Source of the DNA: an uncultured Planctomycetota bacterium
GTDB lineage: Bacteria > Planctomycetota > SKW154
DNA: 49,458 nucleotides
Assembly (NCBI GenBank): GCA_964412125.1
Contig: CAYPNR010000005.1
Span: 1 to 49,458 of the forward strand
Reading direction: 5' to 3'
Numbering within the stretch: the stretch's first letter is position 1; every line of letters begins with the position of its first letter. Both the position numbers and the translations under genes were made by a program. The notes under the pieces are model-generated. The model saw only the letters and a list, made by a program, of their open reading frames with translations, did not search any database and had not been told where the DNA came from. This document shows positions 36,352 to 43,377 of the stretch, one piece after another.

Positions 36352-38293
36352 GCTTTTGCCGGCCGTTCTCTACGGCGCCGCCTCGCTGGCCGCCCAGACC
36401 GCCGGTCTGCGACTCTATTTCGTTCTCTGTCACGCCAACGAGTTCTATCTTTCGCTGTATCTTTTCTTCTGGCTCGCCGCCGCCGCCTCCGGCGTTCTGC
36501 TGGCCGCTTCGCGTCCTCCGCGACGGGCGCTGCCGATCGCCGCCGCTTTCGGACTCTGGGCGCTGCCGCTGCAGGCGCTCGTCGCGTGGCTGTTCGGCCG
36601 TTTCGCCGTCGCCGGCGCCGTACCGCCTGTGACCTCCGCGGTCGCGCTTGCGGCGGCGCTCGCCGCGCCTCCGGCGCTCGCCTCAGGCGTTCTGTTTCCG
36701 TATCTGCTGCGCTTCGCGTCCGCGGCCTCGGTCTACGCCGCCGAGGTCGCGGGCTTCACCTTCGCCGCGCTGGTCGATCTCGCGCTGATGCCGTTTGCGG
36801 GGCCTTTCAATCTGTGCGCCGTCTTCGGCGGCGCGTTGTTCGTCTCACTTCTGTCGGACCGCTTCTCGAGCGGCGTCCGCGGCCGTTCCGCGTGGACGCT
36901 CCTCTTCGGCTGTCTCGTCGCTCTTCCGTTCTTTCCGACGCTCGTGCGCGGCGTCCATCCGGTCCGCGTCGCGGGTCTGAGACACACCGCGGCCGGTGTT
37001 GCGGCGCGCGCGCGCGAAGGCGCGGCGCTCTTCATCAACGGCGTGCCCGTGGAGACGGACGAACGCAGGAGTCGTGTGTTCGTCGATCTCGCCGTGCGGC
37101 TCGCGCCGCGTCGCGGCGCCGTGCTCCTGGTCGAGCCGGAGCCGTCGCTCTCGGAGAGGCGACTCAGGCAGGCGGGATTCTCCGTAACGGCGGTCTCCTC
37201 CGAGCCGGGACTGGCGGATGAGATGCCGGAGAGCGTGGCAGGCGGGACTTTGTTCGGCGTGCTCGACGGCGGCGGAAGATGGGATCTGGCGCTTATGGCG
37301 GTTTCCGTGCCGGCGAGCGCGGCCGGGGCGCGTTTCCTCAATCGCGAGACGCTCGCGCGGCTGAAAAAAGTCTGTCGCGGCCTGGTGGTCGCGCTGCCGT
37401 TTCCGGAAGGCCGTCGCGGCGCCGCTTACACCGCACTGGCCGCGTTCGTGACGGCGGCGTTCCGCGAGACCTTCGGCGAGGTCTGCGCGCTTCCGTCGGA
37501 GGCGCAGGGGATGTTGTTCGTCTCCAGCCTCCCGCTCGGCGCGCCGCGGGCGCTGTCGGAGAAGGTGTTTCTCGACCGTCTCGAAGCGGCGGAAGCGCCG
37601 GACGCGTCGCGGGCCGCTCTCGCGGCCGCGCGGCTCGGCATGGCCCACCACGCGGAGAGAACGGAGCAGCGCGCCCTCGGAAGTTATTTCCTGCGCGCGC
37701 GCGGGACGTGGGTCGTCATCGTCGTCGCGTTGCTGGCGATCGCCGCGGCGCTTGCGGGGCGTCGCGCGGCGTATCCCTTCGGCACGGGCGGCTGCGCCAT
37801 GGGCGTCCAGACGGCGGCGGCGGTCCTGCTGCAGTTGTCTGTGGGCGTGCTCTACGGAATGGTGACGCTGCTGATCGCGTGCTTCATGGCCTGTTCGTGG
37901 CTGGGCGCGGTCCTGGTCGGCCGCCGCGGGCGTTCCGGCGGCCGCGCGACGGTCTGTCGCCTCGCCGCGCCGGCGACGGTCGTGCTCGGGGCCGCGCTGC
38001 TGTGCGGCGCCGCGCGCTCGGGCGCCGCCGCGGCCGCGACGCTCGCCTTCGTCTGCGCGTCTTTCGCGGGTCTGGGCGCGGGCGCCGGATACGCGTCCGC
38101 GGCGCGGGTGATGCAGCCGGCCCGCGCTTACGCGGCGGACCTCGCGGGCGCGTTGCTCGGAGCCGCACTCGGACTGCTCGCGCTGCCGTTCGGATTCGAT
38201 GTGATGGCGCTTTCCTCCGCCGTCCTCGGAGCGGGCGCGTTCGTCGCGGCGCTCCGGCTCACAAGGGAAGCGGCGGCAGATGATGCGTCGTGA
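36320..38293 (+). CDS. Polytopic membrane protein with a central spermidine-synthase-like (degenerate) domain
   Basis: Two multi-TM modules each end in YAA(E/D)(V/L)AG...LPF(A/G)G. A ~200-aa soluble insert (VLLVEPEP...WDLALMAVSVPAS...FLNRETL...L) lies between them. The start could be GTG 36320 or TTG 36356. Confidence 0.55.
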   Translation: MNSTPSASHIRLLPAVLYGAASLAAQTAGLRLYFVLCHANEFYLSLYLFFWLAAAASGVLLAASRPPRRALPIAAAFGLWALPLQALVAWLFGRFAVAGAVPPVTSAVALAAALAAPPALASGVLFPYLLRFASAASVYAAEVAGFTFAALVDLALMPFAGPFNLCAVFGGALFVSLLSDRFSSGVRGRSAWTLLFGCLVALPFFPTLVRGVHPVRVAGLRHTAAGVAARAREGAALFINGVPVETDERRSRVFVDLAVRLAPRRGAVLLVEPEPSLSERRLRQAGFSVTAVSSEPGLADEMPESVAGGTLFGVLDGGGRWDLALMAVSVPASAAGARFLNRETLARLKKVCRGLVVALPFPEGRRGAAYTALAAFVTAAFRETFGEVCALPSEAQGMLFVSSLPLGAPRALSEKVFLDRLEAAEAPDASRAALAAARLGMAHHAERTEQRALGSYFLRARGTWVVIVVALLAIAAALAGRRAAYPFGTGGCAMGVQTAAAVLLQLSVGVLYGMVTLLIACFMACSWLGAVLVGRRGRSGGRATVCRLAAPATVVLGAALLCGAARSGAAAAATLAFVCASFAGLGAGAGYASAARVMQPARAYAADLAGALLGAALGLLALPFGFDVMALSSAVLGAGAFVAALRLTREAAADDAS

Positions 38294-40523
38294 CGCCTTC
38301 GTCGTGACGCGCAAGCGCCCAGTCCATTACGTCCCTGTCCACGGTGAAGTAGATTATCTGCCAGCCGTGGCGCGAGAGGTCCAGAAGACCTTCCAGCAGT
38401 CTCTGGAGACGGGTCGGATCGCATGAGAGAAACGGATCGTCGAGCAGGAGGAAGGTACGGGTCTCGCCGAGGAGGCGTTCCAGCAGCGCGAGACGCGTCG
38501 CGAAGAGCAGTTGCGTGCGCGTGCCGGCGGACAGAAACGACGCGGCTATCGTGTCGCCGGAGGCGGTCTGCACGAAAAGCGACTCGTCGCGCCACAGGAC
38601 GGCGGTGTACTGACCGCCGGTGAACCGCGCGAGATGAGCGGACGCGGAATCCGCGTTGCCGGAGAGCGCGGCGTTTATGAGAGCGTCCTGATCGGAGGCG
38701 AGCGAGTCCACCACCGATATCGCCAGAAGCGCGGCTTCGCGGCGATGCAGATGCTCGGCGAGTTTCTCCTGCAGCACGGCCTTGCGCACCCATATCTCCT
38801 CGGGTCCGTGACAGCCGAGCGTCGCGAGTGTCTTTTCTATCTCGCCGATTCTTTGCTCCATCTGAACCTTCAACTCCCGCGCCTCCGGCAGCCGCCGCCG
38901 GATGTCCTCCTCCTTTATCGGATCGTAGTCGCCTTCCTCGGAGAGGAACTGCTCCAGTTCGGTCAGTCGCTTGAACCACTGTTCCTCGGGGACGCCGAGC
39001 ATCTGGTTCAGAGACTCGGTACGCGCGGCGAGTTCGCGCTGAAAGGTGCTCTTGCGCGTTATCAGCGCTTCGAGTTCGGAGAGACTGTCGCATCCGGTCT
39101 GATGGCGTAACGAGCCGACCTCGCGTTGCGCCTCGTCGAGGGCCTGCTGACGCGCCTGCATCAGTTTGGCCAGTTCCTCCAGTTGTGCGCGGTCGCGGGT
39201 CGCCTCCATGAAGAGCAGTTCGGCGCGGGCCCTGGACTCACGCGAGCCGGCGCGTCCCGTCTCTATCCAGCGCTCCATCTCGTCTATGTCGGACGCCTGC
39301 TCGCCGACCGACTGGAAAAGAGCGAACAGTTCGTCCTTCGCCGCCTGTACCGCGCCGGTCAGCCGTCGGTCGCGCATGATCGTCATGAGACCGCCCGCCG
39401 TCGCCACCACGCCGACCGCGCACAGCGCCCAGAGAGCGGGCGTCTGCGTGGCCGCCAGAACGCCGAACACCGCGGAAAGCAGCAAACCTATCACCACGGT
39501 GATCACCAGCAGCGGCCTGCGTCGACCCGCCGTGCGACGCTCCTGATGCAGACGTTTGAGCGCGACGAGCATGTCTTCGAGTTGCGGAAGGAGTTCGACC
39601 TCCTTTCGCTCCCATTCCGCGGCGCGTCGGCGCATCTGCGCGGCGTCGCCCTCCTTCCGCTGCGCTTCCTTCTCCTGCGCCTGGTAGCGATTGGCCAGTT
39701 CGCTCATCGCTTCGCTCAAGGCGCGCGCGCGCGCCTCCGCGTCGCGCCATCTGTCCATCACCTGAGGACCCGCCGCGGCCAGTCGCGCAATCGCCTCTTT
39801 CAGGCGCTCCACTTCCGCCAGTTCCGCTTTCGCGCGCAGACACACCGCTTTCTGCCGGAGACGTTCCATCCGCGCCAGTTCCGCCTCCAGACGTCGTTCC
39901 TCCTCCGCCATTCGTTCGGCGTCCGCTTTCTCGCGTTCGAGGTCCGCGGCTTCCGCTTCGACGGCGCGGAGTTGCGCCAGTTCCGCTTCTATCCGCCTTA
40001 CGTCGTCCCTGGTTCGTCGTTCGCCGATGTTCGCCCATCTGCCGCGAACGGTGATGCCGACCTCCTCCGCCACCAGACTCTTGACGCGCGCAAGACCGCC
40101 GGCCAGGCCGCTCAACTGCCGGCGTAGAAAGTTCCACCAGCGCGTCGCTTCGGCCGCCGGACCTATCTCCAGCCGGCTGTCCCGTACCACCAGTAAGTTG
40201 CGGAGCAGCAGAAACATGTCCCCGCCCTTCATGGCGAACGCCTCGTCCAGCCGCTTCCGTCCGTCGTAGACCTGCTCCGCGCCGGAGTCCTCCACCACGA
40301 CCACACGTACATCCTGCGGCTCGGACAGATCGTAGCGGTTGAAGCCCGGAAAAAACCGACGCTCGCGTCGGCCCCTCACGCCGAAAAGAGCGTCGAGTAC
40401 CGCGTCCAGCAGCGTCGTCTTGCCGGATTCGTTGTCGCCGCCTATCACGCAGAGCCGTCCGGGCTCGATGCGGACGTCGCGGAGAAGAAAGTATCGCCGA
40501 ACGTCGATCTCCTTCAGCCTCAT
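38259..40523 (-). CDS. SbcC/Rad50/YhaN-like coiled-coil ATPase with a central transmembrane hairpin
   Basis: ATG 40523 overlaps the upstream TGA (ATGA). Walker A GGDNESGKTT, long E/R/A/L coiled coils, two TM helices at aa ~337-383, C-terminal LSAGTRTQL and Walker B FLLLDDPF are present. The rest of the 1343-aa track ORF is shadow frame. Confidence 0.8.
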   Translation of the reverse strand: MRLKEIDVRRYFLLRDVRIEPGRLCVIGGDNESGKTTLLDAVLDALFGVRGRRERRFFPGFNRYDLSEPQDVRVVVVEDSGAEQVYDGRKRLDEAFAMKGGDMFLLLRNLLVVRDSRLEIGPAAEATRWWNFLRRQLSGLAGGLARVKSLVAEEVGITVRGRWANIGERRTRDDVRRIEAELAQLRAVEAEAADLEREKADAERMAEEERRLEAELARMERLRQKAVCLRAKAELAEVERLKEAIARLAAAGPQVMDRWRDAEARARALSEAMSELANRYQAQEKEAQRKEGDAAQMRRRAAEWERKEVELLPQLEDMLVALKRLHQERRTAGRRRPLLVITVVIGLLLSAVFGVLAATQTPALWALCAVGVVATAGGLMTIMRDRRLTGAVQAAKDELFALFQSVGEQASDIDEMERWIETGRAGSRESRARAELLFMEATRDRAQLEELAKLMQARQQALDEAQREVGSLRHQTGCDSLSELEALITRKSTFQRELAARTESLNQMLGVPEEQWFKRLTELEQFLSEEGDYDPIKEEDIRRRLPEARELKVQMEQRIGEIEKTLATLGCHGPEEIWVRKAVLQEKLAEHLHRREAALLAISVVDSLASDQDALINAALSGNADSASAHLARFTGGQYTAVLWRDESLFVQTASGDTIAASFLSAGTRTQLLFATRLALLERLLGETRTFLLLDDPFLSCDPTRLQRLLEGLLDLSRHGWQIIYFTVDRDVMDWALARHDEGVTTHHLPPLPL

Positions 40524-41581
40524 CTCGACTCCCCCGCCGCGCGGAACGCTTCCAGGCCCATCTTCAGCGCAAGGTGTCGAGTCTCGTCCGGCGCCTGACG
40601 CCCGCGAAGCCTGCCGGCGAACTGCTGCACCAGCGGGTTCTGCTCCATCAGGTGCCGCCAACTCTGAGTGTGGTTGAGAACGTGCAGTTCGGAGTACTTG
40701 GAAGCGTATTCGTTCAGTATCTGGTGGAGTATCTCGTTCAGGTCCACTTCGCCGAGCGCCGTGCAGCCCTCCACTTCCACCTGCATCCTGCATCGCGGGT
40801 CCGCGTGCTCGTCGAGCAGGCGACGCAACTCCACCTGCTTCTCCCATTCGTTGCCCGCGTGGAAGTAGAAGACCAGACGCTCCACGTAGTCCAGGGCCGT
40901 CACCTCCTCCGGCGAGACGTCCACTCCCTGCTCGGTCATCTCCACGACGGCGGCGTGACGCCTGCCGCGCTCGTTCCGAATCGGAAGCGGACTTCCCGGC
41001 ACACACGCGGTGCGGCCGGCCACCTCGCCCGACCAGAATCTGCCGTGCGGATGGCCGAGCGCCACGTAACGCGCGTTCAGCCGCTCCATGTCCGCCGACA
41101 GCAGTGAGAAAAACGGATCCTTGCGAGTGGATATCTCGATGGCGAGGTCGGACGCCTCCTCGAAGAACGGCGTGGCGTGCGCCACGAAGACGTCCACCGC
41201 GGGCGCGTCCTGCGGCAGCACCGCCGCGAGGCGTCCGCGACTCTGAAACGCCGCGCCCGAAACGCGCAGCCCTTCCACCTCCACCACTTCGCCGGGCTCG
41301 CGCAGAACGTGTACGTTCTCCGGCGGAGGCGAGTCGGGAGGAAAAGCGTCCGCGTCGCGGCAGCCCGGCGACACGAACACGTGACCGGGCGAGACCTCCT
41401 TCAACAGTTCCTCCGCGGCCTCGCGCGTCGCGGGTGTCGGAACGCCGTCGTAGAGGTCGCCGGCTATGATCAGATGCGCTCCGCGGCCGCGCGCCCGCTT
41501 GACTATCTGCTTGAGCGCTTCGATACGCTCGACTCTGTCGCGCCGCAGGTGTATGTCCGCAGTGTGCAGCAGCAAAGGCAC
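40520..41581 (-). CDS. SbcD/Mre11/YhaO-like calcineurin-fold phosphoesterase with a variant motif III
   Basis: GTG 41581 follows AAGGAG. Motifs HTADIHL, IAGDLYD, FVAHAT and ALGHPH are present. GCRD stands where GNHD is expected. Confidence 0.75.
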   Translation of the reverse strand: MPLLLHTADIHLRRDRVERIEALKQIVKRARGRGAHLIIAGDLYDGVPTPATREAAEELLKEVSPGHVFVSPGCRDADAFPPDSPPPENVHVLREPGEVVEVEGLRVSGAAFQSRGRLAAVLPQDAPAVDVFVAHATPFFEEASDLAIEISTRKDPFFSLLSADMERLNARYVALGHPHGRFWSGEVAGRTACVPGSPLPIRNERGRRHAAVVEMTEQGVDVSPEEVTALDYVERLVFYFHAGNEWEKQVELRRLLDEHADPRCRMQVEVEGCTALGEVDLNEILHQILNEYASKYSELHVLNHTQSWRHLMEQNPLVQQFAGRLRGRQAPDETRHLALKMGLEAFRAAGESR

Positions 41582-41584
41582 GAC

Positions 41585-42394
41585 TCACTCCTTCCGCTGG
41601 CCCACTTTGCGCCTGTAGCGCCGACTCATGTTCATGAGGAAGTTGCGCTCCTTGCGGCTCAGCGCGGCCATTCCTTTCCTGCTCACCTTCGTCAGCACCC
41701 TGTCGAGTTGCTCTTCGTCCTCGGCCTCGCTGAGCGCGTCGCTGACCTGCCTGTGCAGCCACCATTTCTTCAGCGACATTCTCGCCCTGGGCTCCAGAAG
41801 GAAGACGCCGAGCGCCACCGTCAGACCGCCTGTCTGACTGACGACGCCGAAGATGCTCATCTCGGGAGCGTTGGCGAACGCGGCGGCCACGATCAGCGCC
41901 GGCGCGAGCCATCGCGCGGAGGCGCCGCGGAAGAAGCGAAGATACGGAAAATAGGCGGTGCAGAAGAACGCCGCCGCGATCGCGCCGCCGCCGAAGCCCA
42001 CCGCGGGAGCGCCGGTCACCTTCGACGCGGCGAAGTTCGTCGTCGCCGCGCACATGAAAACGGTCGCGGTCCCGAGAACCTGACCGAGACGGCGCAACGC
42101 GAACCACAGAAACAGATACAGAATGAACAGATTCGCCGCCAACTGCCACAGGGTGCGATGGAGAAAGACGCTCGTGAACGCGCGAAGCGGAGCCGCCATT
42201 CCTCCTCGACCTTGGGCGCTCCACGACTCCAGCAGAAGCACCTGCTCGGAGGGCGTCCGCTCTCCGTACTGGTAGACGAAGACGACGCACAGCAGCGCCA
42301 TCACCACCAGTACGACGACGGAGAAGCGCCCTCCGAGAAAGCGGTGGGCGCCCTCCGCAAGGTCTTCCATCAGGCTTTCAGGGTCGGTCCTCAT
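41585..42394 (-). CDS. Rhomboid-like membrane protein, apparently non-catalytic
   Basis: Rhomboid-like FLHRTLWQLAANLF...LRRLG is present. VGFGGGAIAA stands where GxSG is expected, and SQTGGLTVALG stands where HxxGxxxG is expected. There is a basic C-terminal tail. ATG 42394 overlaps the queC-like TGA. Confidence 0.6.
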   Translation of the reverse strand: MRTDPESLMEDLAEGAHRFLGGRFSVVVLVVMALLCVVFVYQYGERTPSEQVLLLESWSAQGRGGMAAPLRAFTSVFLHRTLWQLAANLFILYLFLWFALRRLGQVLGTATVFMCAATTNFAASKVTGAPAVGFGGGAIAAAFFCTAYFPYLRFFRGASARWLAPALIVAAAFANAPEMSIFGVVSQTGGLTVALGVFLLEPRARMSLKKWWLHRQVSDALSEAEDEEQLDRVLTKVSRKGMAALSRKERNFLMNMSRRYRRKVGQRKE

Positions 42395-43044
42395 GCTATG
42401 CCGCCGACAGCGATGTCAAAGGCGACGCACGACTGACACCTGCCGCAGGGCTCCGGACCGCCGAGATAGCAACTCCAGAGCAGGTCCAGCGGCACGCCTA
42501 TACGCCTGGCCGTACGGCCGACTTCCTTCTTGGTCATGTGCGCGGTGTAGGAGACCAGAGCGACGCCGCTCAGCGTGGACAGCCGCAGCGACGCGTTCAC
42601 CGCGGCGATGAACTGTATCGAGTTGTCCTGGAAGAACACCGCCTCCTCGCGATTGAATCCGGCCACCACCGCGTCGCAGCCCAAGGCCTCCGCGAAGCAG
42701 GCGGCCATGTGCACGAAAACGCCGTTGCGGTTGGGCACCCAGACGCTTTCGGCGGCGTTCTTCATCCGCTCCTTGCTCGCGGTGTATCCCACGGTGGGAA
42801 CGTTCATCTCGGGATTGACCAGGGCGGTGCGGGTCAGTTTCGCCAGCCAGTCGAGCGCTATGACGCGATGCGGAACTTTGTAGAGTTTGCAAAGGGCCCT
42901 GGCGGCCTCCGTCTCGCGACGCGCGGCCTTCTGATTGTAGTCGAAAGTGATCGCCAGACGCGCGGTTCCTTCGTCGACCGCCTTTTTGAGACAGACCGCG
43001 CTGTCCAGTCCGCCGGAGAGGAGTATCACCGCGCCTTCGATCAT
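42391..43044 (-). CDS. queC: QueC-family PP-loop ATPase (7-cyano-7-deazaguanine synthase-like, divergent)
   Basis: SGGLDS PP-loop, FDYNQKA, VPNRN and the C-terminal Cys cluster C-x7-C-x2-C-x2-C are present. NREEAVFFQDNS stands where ETDFSGYPDCR is usual. Confidence 0.7.
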   Translation of the reverse strand: MIEGAVILLSGGLDSAVCLKKAVDEGTARLAITFDYNQKAARRETEAARALCKLYKVPHRVIALDWLAKLTRTALVNPEMNVPTVGYTASKERMKNAAESVWVPNRNGVFVHMAACFAEALGCDAVVAGFNREEAVFFQDNSIQFIAAVNASLRLSTLSGVALVSYTAHMTKKEVGRTARRIGVPLDLLWSCYLGGPEPCGRCQSCVAFDIAVGGIA

Positions 43045-43185
43045 CTCCGCACGTCCTCAACCGTTGGCGGCGCACGGGGCGCCTCTTCACTAAATTCGAC
43101 TGTTCCGGAACGCCCGCGTCCGCGCCGGCCCTCGGTGGACGCTCCGAACGAGGCTTTTCGCCCGCGGCCCCGCGCCCGCGTCGAT

Positions 43186-43214
43186 ATTCTACCGCGGCGC
43201 GGCATCTCTGTCAA
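43186..43214 (-). promoter_or_regulatory. Near-consensus sigma70 promoter: TTGACA-N17-TAGAAT
   Basis: Minus-strand -35 box at 43214-43209 and -10 box at 43191-43186. The predicted transcription start is ~135 nt upstream of the queC-like ATG at 43044. Confidence 0.55.
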
Positions 43215-43377
43215 CGGCGGCGGCCGCGCGGCCGCGTTCGAGCGGCCTTCCTTTTCGTGTGTGTCCGTTTATGAACGTCCGCGCCGCGGCGGCCCGACGC
43301 GCCTCCGTCGCGGCAAAAAAGCCTCCGTCGACCGCCGTCCGTCCCTCACGCGCCTCCCTCGACTTCCGTCGCGGGTC

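Noticed and set aside
36845-38314. 489-aa minus-strand ORF, plus other ORFs nested in 36586-38283
   Set aside because: These are shadows of the membrane-protein gene, Arg-rich and without hydrophobic periodicity.
40524-42290. N-terminal 590 aa of the 1343-aa minus-strand ORF
   Set aside because: This is an Arg-rich read-through frame overlapping the sbcD-like and rhomboid-like genes. The real SbcC-like protein starts at ATG 40523, which has an ATGA junction and a Walker A motif 30 aa in.
43045-43185. preQ1 riboswitch upstream of queC-like
   Set aside because: I looked for the preQ1-I hairpin followed by the A-rich ...AAAAAACUA tail, and for preQ1-II-like features, and did not recognise either. 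The region is kept only as an unexplained long leader.
43311-43330. T6 run (minus strand) as an intrinsic terminator for cooS
   Set aside because: No GC stem immediately precedes the U-tract, only a 3-bp GGC/GCC pairing.
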